Source: a virus
Virus record (IMG/VR): IMGVR_UViG_3300035181_001055
Location: 1-64,000 of that record
Direction: 5' to 3' (one strand)
DNA: 64,000 bases
Notes under the pieces: generated by a model
Told to the model about the DNA's origin: nothing
The model's database searches: none
The model's input: the letters and a program-made list of their open reading frames with translations, nothing else
In this document: positions 8,154 to 16,231 of the stretch, piece by piece
Numbering within the stretch: the first letter of the stretch is position 1
Layout: each line of letters opens with the position of its first letter
Translations under genes and position numbers: made by a program

Positions 8154-9176
8154 ATGAATGTATCTGGAAGTATCAAAGAACCTGTTTTCAACCCTTTGAC
8201 GTCTGATCGAATTGGTTTGATTAAGGGACTCAACTTCTATTCCAGCAACTACGACTATGCGGAAAGCAAGAAATGGGCGCTCGATTGGGTCAAGAAAAAT
8301 AAGCCCAATATGCTCAGCATACCGTCTGGCTTAAAGGATTCTGATTTCACGAACCTTGGCTTTCTTTGCAGAATGATGGAGCGGGGGTTCTCATTTTCGA
8401 AAGAGGAGATGGAGAAGATTGAAAGGTCTTTTCAAGACCTTTCGAAATTGAAACCCAAGAAGCGAGCGGAATCGGCTGTTCAGGTCAAGCAAAAGACTGC
8501 GTTGCCTAATGTTAAGCCTAACCCTTGCTTGCAGAGCCTGAACGAGGTCATCGATTCTGCAATTGAAGGGAAAGAGCCGCCACCCCTTTCTCTGAACGAC
8601 AAGAAAGACGATGTGAAGAAAATGGTTGAGTATTGCGACCGAACCATTGCAGAAATGACGGAAAGCGAAGAATACTATTCCCCTGACACGATTCGAGTGT
8701 TGCGTCCTCTATTGCGCAAATGCCGAGAACAAGGCATGAACATGCTTAAAGCTCTCGAGCAGAATAAAACTGTCACCATTGCGCCTAAGAAAATCAACCC
8801 TATTGCAATGGTTAAGGGCGTTCGCTTTAAGAAAGAAGAGAAGGCGTTAGGAATCAAATCAGTCCCTGTTACGAGTGTCATCGGCGCTCGCAAGATGTAT
8901 GCATACGATACCCAAACGCGCAAACTTCGTCTATATGTTTCGAATAGCGCCCAAGGGTTCATGTTTTCAGGCACAACTCTGAAGAACTATGACCCCGAGA
9001 AGAGTGTCTGTAAGACGATTCGTAAACCTGAAGCGTTCTTTGCTCAATTTGCTTCTGGTATCACCATGCGTGCAATTAACAATGCCTTCAAAGCCCTTAC
9101 AACTGTCGAGAGCAAAATCGAAAGCGGCGGTCGTTTCAACGAGAATCTCATCATCTTAAAGGTTGCATCAGAATGA
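8154..9176 (+). CDS. Hypothetical protein
   Basis: 340-aa ORF with GAGG RBS downstream of a promoter; no motif recognised. Confidence 0.75.
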   Translation: MNVSGSIKEPVFNPLTSDRIGLIKGLNFYSSNYDYAESKKWALDWVKKNKPNMLSIPSGLKDSDFTNLGFLCRMMERGFSFSKEEMEKIERSFQDLSKLKPKKRAESAVQVKQKTALPNVKPNPCLQSLNEVIDSAIEGKEPPPLSLNDKKDDVKKMVEYCDRTIAEMTESEEYYSPDTIRVLRPLLRKCREQGMNMLKALEQNKTVTIAPKKINPIAMVKGVRFKKEEKALGIKSVPVTSVIGARKMYAYDTQTRKLRLYVSNSAQGFMFSGTTLKNYDPEKSVCKTIRKPEAFFAQFASGITMRAINNAFKALTTVESKIESGGRFNENLIILKVASE

Positions 9177-9670
9177 CATCTAAAATTCCAGCCATACTGA
9201 CCCCTAAGTTCGTTACAGGTGGGAAACCGTCCGACATCACGTTTGCGCCTCGTAAGCCTGGGGTGCCAAACGATGCAGCGACTCCTGCGTTATTGAAGGC
9301 TCAACCGCAGCTAATCCCGTCGGTGTTGAAGAGCCCTCGCAAACATGTTGTTGTGGAGAGTCCTTATGGGACGGAAGATCCTGAAATGAGGGAGAAGTAT
9401 GCGCTGTACTCGAAAAAGTGCACGGAAGACAGCTTGAAGCGGATGGAAGCGCCTTTCAATGCGCAGATGTTCTATGCTTCCATTCTCAATGACAGATTGC
9501 AATCTGAAAAAGATCTGATTCTCATAGCTCACATGAGTTGGATTTCTGCAGCTGAACTTGTTGTTGTTTACACGGACTTCGGCTTGACAGATTCGATGCA
9601 GATGGCAATCAATGTAGCATTGATTAAGCACAAGACAATTGAGTATCGTTCTATCGGAAAGGCTAGCTAA
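9173..9670 (+). CDS. Nucleoside deoxyribosyltransferase-fold protein (DUF4406/DUF7768-like)
   Basis: VVVESPY, C..DSL.R.EAPF, VVVYTDFG.T.SM, IEYRSI pattern. Confidence 0.6.
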   Translation: MTSKIPAILTPKFVTGGKPSDITFAPRKPGVPNDAATPALLKAQPQLIPSVLKSPRKHVVVESPYGTEDPEMREKYALYSKKCTEDSLKRMEAPFNAQMFYASILNDRLQSEKDLILIAHMSWISAAELVVVYTDFGLTDSMQMAINVALIKHKTIEYRSIGKAS

Positions 9671-9673
9671 ATT

Positions 9674-10942
9674 ATGAGCATTCTTGCAATCCTCGAAGAA
9701 TTGGCGGCTGATAACAGCCGAATCTATAAGGAGAGTATTCTCAAACGAGAATACAACAACGAGTTGCTCAGTCGAGTGTTTCGAGCAGCTCTCAATCCTT
9801 ATGTGAACTACTATATTAAGAATATCACCTACAAGCCCATCTGCGCTGGAACTATCAGTTTGGATGAAGCGCTGATTGCATTGGATAAGCTATCCTCGCG
9901 CATTGCGACGGGGAATGAAGCGAGGGATTACCTTTGCAGTGTTCTCGATTCGTGCACCGAAAATGATGCTGAAGTGATCTTTCGTGTCATCGACCGAGAT
10001 CTGAAATGCGGCGTGAATGTCGCGACTGTAAACAAGATTTGGCATAACCTAGTTCCAACATTCGATGTCATGCTGGCTGACACGGATAAGTCGAGGATCG
10101 TTTTCCCTGCTTATGCGCAGATCAAAATGGATGGTGTTCGGTGTCATATCCTTTTTGACGGGGAGTTCGCTCACGCATTCTCACGAAACGGTAAGTTGAT
10201 TGACCACAAGGGTGCGCTTGACAAATCGGCAAGAGCTCTCATGCAGAAGGGAGAAACCTGGGACGGAGAGCTCGTTTGCGTCAATCCCGACATGACGTAT
10301 ATGCCGAGGCAAATTAGCAATGGCATCATCAACAAAGCCATCAAAGGCACCATTACAGAAAAAGAAGCAGAATCAATTACCTTCACCGCATGGGACATTG
10401 TCGATACCACATCGACCATTCCGTATGAGAAACGGTTTAAGAAATTGGAAACCTCGTTTGAGCTGAATGGCGTATTTGCGCCTAAGTTCCGTCTAATCGA
10501 GAATCGAATCGTCTCGAATATGAAGGAAGCGGAAGAATGGTTCAAGGAAGCTCTAATGGAAGGACAAGAAGGCATCATTCTTAAGAACATCCAATCCGTG
10601 TGGCAGCCGAAGCGGGTCAAGGATATGTGTAAGTTCAAGGCCGAGAATGAAGCTGATCTTCGAGTGATTGGATGGGAATATGGCACAGGTAAGAATAAAG
10701 ATCGGTTAGGCAACCTAGTGCTCAGCACAGAAGATGGGTTGCTTACAGTGAGTGTAGGGACTGGATTTTCTGATGCTCAACGAGAAGAGTACACCAAAGA
10801 GATGATGCTTGACAAGATCGTAGCGGTCAAGTATAATATGAAGATTCAGGATGACAATGGCGAGTGGAGTCTATTCTTGCCCAGGTTTGTCGAAATTCGT
10901 TTTGACAAAGAAGAAGCCAATAGTCTAGACGAGCTGCTGTAA
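9674..10942 (+). CDS. lig: ATP-dependent DNA ligase (T4 gp30-like)
   Basis: AQIKMDGVR (KxDG), WDGEL, EGIILK, KFK, SLFLPRF motifs. Confidence 0.95.
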   Translation: MSILAILEELAADNSRIYKESILKREYNNELLSRVFRAALNPYVNYYIKNITYKPICAGTISLDEALIALDKLSSRIATGNEARDYLCSVLDSCTENDAEVIFRVIDRDLKCGVNVATVNKIWHNLVPTFDVMLADTDKSRIVFPAYAQIKMDGVRCHILFDGEFAHAFSRNGKLIDHKGALDKSARALMQKGETWDGELVCVNPDMTYMPRQISNGIINKAIKGTITEKEAESITFTAWDIVDTTSTIPYEKRFKKLETSFELNGVFAPKFRLIENRIVSNMKEAEEWFKEALMEGQEGIILKNIQSVWQPKRVKDMCKFKAENEADLRVIGWEYGTGKNKDRLGNLVLSTEDGLLTVSVGTGFSDAQREEYTKEMMLDKIVAVKYNMKIQDDNGEWSLFLPRFVEIRFDKEEANSLDELL

Positions 10943-10948
10943 AGGACA

Positions 10949-10983
10949 TTTTACATTATAAAAGTGCATTTTATAATGTAAAA
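10949..10983. repeat. Perfect 15-bp inverted repeat that also forms a symmetric promoter
   Basis: TTTTACATTATAAAA-GTGCA-TTTTATAATGTAAAA; TTTACA-16-TATAAT on both strands. Confidence 0.85.
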
Positions 10984-11006
10984 AGCAAAAGAAAGGAAAG
11001 GAAGAA

Positions 11007-11930
11007 ATGAGCAAGAGAAGCACGATGTTTTTGAATTACTTGACATGCGTCGATCATGCGTATATCAATGATAATGGTCAAGTGGTGGGTGGCAGTTATC
11101 ATCCGAATTTTCTCGTGAGTGGTGAAGTAGATGAGCATGAGCAAGTCGTGGTCGACTTCTCGACAGTGAAAAAACAGATCAAAGGTGCAATTGATGACCG
11201 AGAGACGGGATTTGATCATAAGCTATGGATCATTCCGAACTATAGCAAGTGCGAATGGGATATAAAGAATGAGCAGATCAAGATCAGGACACCCGCATGT
11301 GAATTGGAGATGCCAGTGAACGCAGTCAAGATCTTCGACAACAACTTCATCGGCTCGCTGCAAGAAACAACGCAAGTAGCGATTCAGCGGCATGTGTGGA
11401 AAGCGTTAAGTGACCAGCAGCCGAAAGCAAACATCGCAGTCGAATGTGATCTGACAACGCAAATGTTCGTGAGGAATCCGAGCACCATGTTCAAGTTCAC
11501 GTATGTGCACGGACTAAAGAACTCAAGTAGCTGGGGCTGCCAGAATCATAGTCATGGTCACCTATCATGGCTAGAAATCGAGCATGACCAATTCTTCAGC
11601 CCAAGCTGCTCCGACTGCAAGAAAACAATCGAAGACGTATTCAACGCCGTGCAAGACCTGACAGGCGCCATCCTGATCTTCAAAGACAACGTAGTAACGA
11701 ACGACGACGAAAAAGTACAAATCCAATACGCAACCGAAAGAGGCGTATGGAAAGCAACATACTACAAAGCATACAATAAGATCAGAATCCTCGACAAAGA
11801 AACAACAATCGAAAACATCACCGACTGGTTCGTAGAACAGAACATCGGCACACTACTACGAGGGCACGTGAAACGAATCTATATCAGCGAAGGACTAAGC
11901 AAAGGCGCAATGAAAGAACTGAGCTACTGA
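11007..11930 (+). CDS. Two-domain 6-pyruvoyl-tetrahydropterin synthase/QueD-like protein
   Basis: VDHAY, VVDFSTVKK, FDHKL, YVHGL...CQNHSHGH, TTIENI, ISEGLSKGA tunnel-fold motifs. Confidence 0.7.
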   Translation: MSKRSTMFLNYLTCVDHAYINDNGQVVGGSYHPNFLVSGEVDEHEQVVVDFSTVKKQIKGAIDDRETGFDHKLWIIPNYSKCEWDIKNEQIKIRTPACELEMPVNAVKIFDNNFIGSLQETTQVAIQRHVWKALSDQQPKANIAVECDLTTQMFVRNPSTMFKFTYVHGLKNSSSWGCQNHSHGHLSWLEIEHDQFFSPSCSDCKKTIEDVFNAVQDLTGAILIFKDNVVTNDDEKVQIQYATERGVWKATYYKAYNKIRILDKETTIENITDWFVEQNIGTLLRGHVKRIYISEGLSKGAMKELSY

Positions 11931-11940
11931 TAAGAAAGAC

Positions 11941-11969
11941 TTGACAAGCAACGAGCATCATGCTATATT
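11941..11969 (+). promoter_or_regulatory. Sigma70-type promoter opening the early accessory region
   Basis: TTGACA-17 nt-TATATT with TG extension; TCACAAAA/TTTTGTGA inverted repeat downstream (11981-12009). Confidence 0.7.
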
Positions 11970-12042
11970 ATGAGCCTGTGTCACAAAAACTGCGATGAAA
12001 ATTTTGTGATGTAAAATGCCAAAAAAGCAATGAGGTGAGGGA

Positions 12043-12708
12043 ATGAAGAACAAGCAATTCGAAAAGAATGTAGAAACGGCGAAACGGTTTGTGAAGCAGT
12101 GGAAAGCGACGCATCGGCTGACGAAGCGCGGAAATTATGTGCCGCACAGTTATGAAGACGGCGAAAAAGCGCTGAGCTGGTGGGACGACGTCTACTTCCC
12201 GCTAGGGTCGCAACTGGTCATCGTCAACTGGACGCATCCGCGCATGCGCTATCGCGATGCAGTTGCGGACGTGGCATATGACGAAATGGTCAAGCGGCGT
12301 CCGCCGCCGAAGTATGATTCGTTTGAAAAGTCGACGCCAATCTATAAGAAAGTGGGCAATGGCAAGCGCAAGCGAGTCATTGCGCGGCGGCTGGCGCCTT
12401 CATTTTCAAGCTCAGTAAAGGAATGGAATGATGAGTGGCGTCAGCTTAAAAAAGAAATGCTACTCAAATCTGATATTATAATTCGTCCTAGCATGACTGT
12501 CAAGCAGATGTCACATGCTCGCGTCGTCGACATTTGCATGCCAATTGAAGTCAAGAGCCAAGCCGATGTCGAGGATTTGGCTACGTATGTCAGGGCTGTA
12601 TTGACTGGGGTCGCCGCATTCGAGTCATGCTATCCTGCTGACTACAGCTATGGCTGCAATGATTGGGCTCGGGACATGGAATACTTGGACAAGATGCTCG
12701 GGGTGTGA
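12043..12708 (+). CDS. Hypothetical protein
   Basis: 221-aa ORF with GAGG RBS. Confidence 0.75.
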   Translation: MKNKQFEKNVETAKRFVKQWKATHRLTKRGNYVPHSYEDGEKALSWWDDVYFPLGSQLVIVNWTHPRMRYRDAVADVAYDEMVKRRPPPKYDSFEKSTPIYKKVGNGKRKRVIARRLAPSFSSSVKEWNDEWRQLKKEMLLKSDIIIRPSMTVKQMSHARVVDICMPIEVKSQADVEDLATYVRAVLTGVAAFESCYPADYSYGCNDWARDMEYLDKMLGV

Positions 12709-12713
12709 CTATC

Positions 12714-13043
12714 ATGACGTCGAACCTGATTGGCATTGACTATTACAGCTTGCCGAATTTCGATACCGTGGTCAAGCGCGATGATGGCTATGTTCTCATC
12801 GAGTCTAATTGCTTCAGCTTTGGTTCTTTGTTCAAGGTCAAGTTGATGAATGGCGTCTTCTATACTGATTCATTCGAAGATGCGATTGACATGGCGTATG
12901 AGAGTGGTCAGGTAGTCAAGAGCAAGCGTGGAGAGGCGCTTCAGTTGCATGAAATTGAGGAGCTGGTGAAGACGCATGCTATATGGGAGATTGTCATTAT
13001 TGTTGCTGTTATGCTAGCATTGTTCATTCCTGCTTTGATTTGA
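12714..13043 (+). CDS. Hypothetical protein with C-terminal TM helix
   Basis: ATCATG start context; IVIIVAVMLALFIPALI tail. Confidence 0.65.
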   Translation: MTSNLIGIDYYSLPNFDTVVKRDDGYVLIESNCFSFGSLFKVKLMNGVFYTDSFEDAIDMAYESGQVVKSKRGEALQLHEIEELVKTHAIWEIVIIVAVMLALFIPALI

Positions 13044-13357
13044 TGGGTGCACGTATGAAGTGCGACGATTGCATTTACGCTGGCATTGCGATCGTCTTTA
13101 TCGCACTGCTCTTCTTCGCTTCGCCTCTCATTGCTTCAATCGTCATATGCGTGTTCGGCTTGTCTTTAGTTATCGTCACATGCGTGTATGGTGCGCGCTT
13201 GATAATCTACAGCATCTTGTCTCGCATTGCTTTAGGCGAGACTGAACATTTCGTTATCGGTCTCATCATCACTATCATTGCTTCAATCGCCATCGCGGCA
13301 TTCCTCGCTAGTTGTCATCAAGTGCCCATGTTGCTTGTAAGGTTGCTTGACATCTGA
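13043..13357 (+). CDS. Hydrophobic membrane protein
   Basis: Three long hydrophobic stretches. Confidence 0.6.
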   Translation: MGARMKCDDCIYAGIAIVFIALLFFASPLIASIVICVFGLSLVIVTCVYGARLIIYSILSRIALGETEHFVIGLIITIIASIAIAAFLASCHQVPMLLVRLLDI

Positions 13358-13398
13358 TGCTATATTATGCTTCTTCTACACAACCTCGAAAGGACAAT

Positions 13399-13704
13399 AT
13401 GAAAGTTTACACACAAGATGAGTTCAATGCTCTGCGCGTGATCGATGGCGCTCGTCAGTGCCCTACTGGCGATTACACACAAGTGAAGAACTTCGATTGC
13501 TGCACTTTCGCTGACTATTGCATCTTTGGCGATCATCATACATTCGCCGCAGGGACGAAGTTTGGCGCAGAATGCTATTTCGGTTCTCACAATCGCTTTG
13601 GCACTCGCTGTATCTTTGGCCGAAAGAGTCGCGTTGGCAAGGACAATCACTTCGGCGAAGCTTGCGGCTTTGGCGTCGGGTGCATCATCGATAATGCTGC
13701 TTAA
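13399..13704 (+). CDS. CxFGxx hexapeptide-repeat protein (paralogue 1)
   Basis: MKVYTQDEFNAL...RQCPTGDY head plus about 11 six-residue repeats; AAGGA RBS. Confidence 0.8.
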   Translation: MKVYTQDEFNALRVIDGARQCPTGDYTQVKNFDCCTFADYCIFGDHHTFAAGTKFGAECYFGSHNRFGTRCIFGRKSRVGKDNHFGEACGFGVGCIIDNAA

Positions 13705-13706
13705 GT

Positions 13707-13757
13707 AACCATACGCTTTATAGGGTCACTTGACATCTTCCAAGAACCTGCTATAAT
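13707..13757 (+). promoter_or_regulatory. Palindrome-promoter cassette 1
   Basis: AACCATAC-N5-ATAGGGTC, TTGACA 13730, TATAAT 13752. Confidence 0.75.
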
Positions 13758-13797
13758 ATAGTCAACAAGCAACGAAACATTGAGAAGGATCAATATC

Positions 13798-13992
13798 ATG
13801 TTTAACATCATGTCTCATAAGGAAGTTATGAATCGGTTCGTCAACGGCTTGCTCGACTAGCAGTATGCAGACTTCATCCGCAAGAATGCCGAACGCCTTG
13901 GCAACCGTGTCATCAAGACTGATGCTGATGTGGAGCGTGCGATGAATGAAATGTTCCTTGAATTCGAATTCCTCGAAAGCTTGTTCAACTGA
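13798..13992 (+). pseudogene. 64-codon ORF interrupted by in-frame TAG at codon 21
   Basis: ATCATG start after cassette 1; TAG at 13858; frame continues to TGA at 13990. Confidence 0.65.
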
Positions 13993-14003
13993 TGGTTGCC
14001 ATA

Positions 14004-14054
14004 GACCCTACTGCTTGCAGGGTTGCTTGACAGCCTGACAACCCCTGCTATAAT
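14004..14054 (+). promoter_or_regulatory. Palindrome-promoter cassette 2
   Basis: GACCCTAC-TGCTT-GCAGGGTT, TTGACA 14027, TATAAT 14049. Confidence 0.9.
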
Positions 14055-14086
14055 ATACCCAACAAGCAACGGAAAGGAACTACATC

Positions 14087-14605
14087 ATGAAGGTTTTTCG
14101 AGACATCGCTTGCAAGACGGTCGTCGTCATCGACGACTCTGTCTTCTACGGCATCACACGCTACAGCATCGACGAAATTCACAAACTGCAAGAGAAAGGC
14201 TTGCCTCCTAGCGTCATCGAGAAGATCCTTAGATCTTGCACTGGCAAGTCAACTGAGGAAGAAATCCGCGTATTTGCAACTGACGAGGACTTCACTGTTC
14301 GCTATGCCATTGCGAAGAGCGGTCATGCATTGGACATTCTTCTCCACGATGAGTACAGCATGATCCGCGAAGAGGTCGCCAAACATGGCTACGGGCTCGA
14401 CACTCTCGTCAAGGATCCTGTGCCTGGCGTCCGCATTGCTGTCGCCAAACAAGGCTATGGTCTCGATAAGCTGATTAACGATCCTCGCCCTGAAGTCCGC
14501 ATTGCTGTCGCCGAGCAAGGCTACGGTATCGAGACTCTTGCTCTCGATACTGACAAGCACGTCCGTCGAGTTGCAAGGCAGAAGCAAGCAGCCGTGACTG
14601 CCTGA
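14087..14605 (+). CDS. 22-aa HEAT-like repeat protein (paralogue 1)
   Basis: VAK(Q/H)GYGLDxLxxDPxxxVRIA repeats. Confidence 0.8.
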   Translation: MKVFRDIACKTVVVIDDSVFYGITRYSIDEIHKLQEKGLPPSVIEKILRSCTGKSTEEEIRVFATDEDFTVRYAIAKSGHALDILLHDEYSMIREEVAKHGYGLDTLVKDPVPGVRIAVAKQGYGLDKLINDPRPEVRIAVAEQGYGIETLALDTDKHVRRVARQKQAAVTA

Positions 14606-14613
14606 ACGAGAAT

Positions 14614-14665
14614 ATCCCTACGCCTTGTAGGGTTGCTTGACATCTGCAGCGGATTGAGTTATAAT
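14614..14665 (+). promoter_or_regulatory. Palindrome-promoter cassette 3
   Basis: CCCTAC-GCCTT-GTAGGG, TTGACA 14637, TATAAT 14660. Confidence 0.9.
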
Positions 14666-14698
14666 AAACTCATCAGAATCGGAAAAGGAATCTTCATC

Positions 14699-14956
14699 AT
14701 GCGTTACGTGATCTCTCACTACAATCCTCGCTCTGGTCGCACCTACGAGACAGAGCCGATGAGCATCGAAGAGGCTGTCAACTACTTCAGCTACACTCTG
14801 CTGGTTGGTGCTTCTTACGAGCATGAGAAAGGCAACAAGAAGATCAACCAGAATCCGAAGAACATCAAAAGCCTTATCGACAATCTGAATAAGGCAAGCA
14901 AGAACGCGTCCAAAGGTGGCTCGTACAAGGTCTATCGCGCTTACGAAGTGATCTGA
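14699..14956 (+). CDS. Hypothetical early protein
   Basis: ATCATG start after cassette 3. Confidence 0.75.
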   Translation: MRYVISHYNPRSGRTYETEPMSIEEAVNYFSYTLLVGASYEHEKGNKKINQNPKNIKSLIDNLNKASKNASKGGSYKVYRAYEVI

Positions 14957-14985
14957 GCCTGGAAAAGAAGAAAAAGGTGTTTCTC

Positions 14986-15141
14986 GAAAATCGCCGAAAA
15001 CGGTGATTTTCTCACCAATAAAATCAACGGGGTAGCATGGGGAAAACGAGGAAATTTTCCTGTCGTAATAGGTAGGTAGTTGCCCCATGTCTAGAACTCT
15101 CCATCTTTTTGTAACCCGTTGATTTTGATGGCGTTTTTCGG
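14986..15141. other. Non-coding segment with nested inverted repeats
   Basis: GAAAATCGCCG/CGGTGATTTTC hairpin; AAAATCAACGGG 15020-31 vs CCCGTTGATTTT 15115-26; CATGGGG/CCCCATG; CCGAAAA/TTTTCGG. Confidence 0.6.
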
Positions 15142-15181
15142 TTTCCTAGGCAGCCGAGATTTTCCTGGGGCTCGAGCCAAA

Positions 15182-15232
15182 GACCCTACTGGTTGCAGGG
15201 TTGCTTGACATCTTCGCTGGCTGCCTTATAAT
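15182..15232 (+). promoter_or_regulatory. Palindrome-promoter cassette 4
   Basis: GACCCTAC-TGGTT-GCAGGGTT, TTGACA 15205, TATAAT 15227. Confidence 0.9.
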
Positions 15233-15270
15233 ATACCCAAAAAGCAACGGAAAAAGGAAAGGTGGCAAAA

Positions 15271-15615
15271 ATGTTCGACTTCGAGATCATCGCTGAACGC
15301 AAGATCATCGCCAAGGCCAAGAATGGCAAGAAGAAGACTGAGAAGCAAGTCGTCGAGCTGTTCAGCGTCTTGCCTGCTATTGATGACTACGAGGTCGAGA
15401 AGGAGATTGTCAGTGCTGATGATCCTCTCGAAGCGTATGTCGCAGCGCTTGAGATGCAAGCCGATACTGTCGAGTTCGACGAGCCGATCTACAATCGTCA
15501 GTACAAGATCATCGGCACTCGTAAGACCTTCCCTCTGAAGGAGCGTCTTGAAGAGATCATCGAGAAGGTCGGTGCTTACATCGACGATGGCGGGGCTGTT
15601 CGTCTCGTGTACTAA
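15271..15615 (+). CDS. Hypothetical early protein
   Basis: ORF after cassette 4 with GGAAAGG RBS. Confidence 0.75.
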   Translation: MFDFEIIAERKIIAKAKNGKKKTEKQVVELFSVLPAIDDYEVEKEIVSADDPLEAYVAALEMQADTVEFDEPIYNRQYKIIGTRKTFPLKERLEEIIEKVGAYIDDGGAVRLVY

Positions 15616-15630
15616 GTTGAAGGAATTATC

Positions 15631-16014
15631 ATGCGTTATTTTTCTGAAGTGTCGCCGAAAGGCAATAGCTCTTGGAGTGATGTCAGCCAAGCCGAAGCCG
15701 ATGCTCGTCGCAAGGCTCTCGACGATGCTGGATGCGTCGATTGCCTCAACTGTATCAACTGCACCGATTGCGTCAATTGTATCAACTGCACCGACTGCGC
15801 GTCGTGTTCCAACTGCAGCAATTGCGCTAATTGCCTCGACTGTGTCGGGTGCGACGGTTGCTTCGAATGCGACGCTTGCAAGTACTGCGCCAACTGTTTC
15901 AACTGCGTCGGGTGCGACGGTTGCTTCGAATGCGACGCTTGCAAGTACTGCGAAGCCTGCGACGACTGCGACAATCGCGAGAACCTCGTCAATTACATTG
16001 GCTGCGCCGAATAA
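15631..16014 (+). CDS. Cysteine-rich (Cxx)n repeat protein
   Basis: Cys at nearly every third residue over about 75 aa; AAGGA RBS, ATCATG start. Confidence 0.8.
   Translation: MRYFSEVSPKGNSSWSDVSQAEADARRKALDDAGCVDCLNCINCTDCVNCINCTDCASCSNCSNCANCLDCVGCDGCFECDACKYCANCFNCVGCDGCFECDACKYCEACDDCDNRENLVNYIGCAE
15844..15952 (+). repeat. 46-bp exact direct repeat, period 63 nt (21 aa)
   Basis: GTCGGGTGCGACGGTTGCTTCGAATGCGACGCTTGCAAGTACTGCG at 15844 and 15907. Confidence 0.95.
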
Positions 16015-16049
16015 ATATCAAGCTGTGAACTGATTAGCTGTCACACGTT

Positions 16050-16125
16050 GCCACTTTAGCTCAGTTGGTAGAGCAACCGCCTTGTAAGCGGTAGGTCGTC
16101 CGTTCGAGTCGGACAAGTGGCACCA
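16050..16125 (+). tRNA. tRNA-Thr(UGU)
   Basis: GCCACTT/AAGTGGC acceptor, ACCGC-ctTGTaa-GCGGT anticodon arm, CCA. Confidence 0.95.
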
Positions 16126-16130
16126 TATAC

Positions 16131-16206
16131 GCCACCTTAGCTCAATTGGTAGAGCAGTTGCCTTATAAGCGACAGGTTGTAGGTTCGAATCCTGCAGGTG
16201 GAACCA
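16131..16206 (+). tRNA. tRNA with UAU anticodon (Ile-AUA)
   Basis: GTTGC-ctTATaa-GCGAC anticodon arm, GTTCGAATC, CCA; G1-A72 mismatch. Confidence 0.85.
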
Positions 16207-16231
16207 CCGTGAATATGATTCAAGTGAAGAT

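Noticed and set aside
13858-13860. Genome-wide stop-codon reassignment (TAG to Gln)
   Set aside because: Long genes read through normally in code 11, TAG terminates the gene ending at 22674, no suppressor tRNA is present, and the broken ORFs use all three stop codons.
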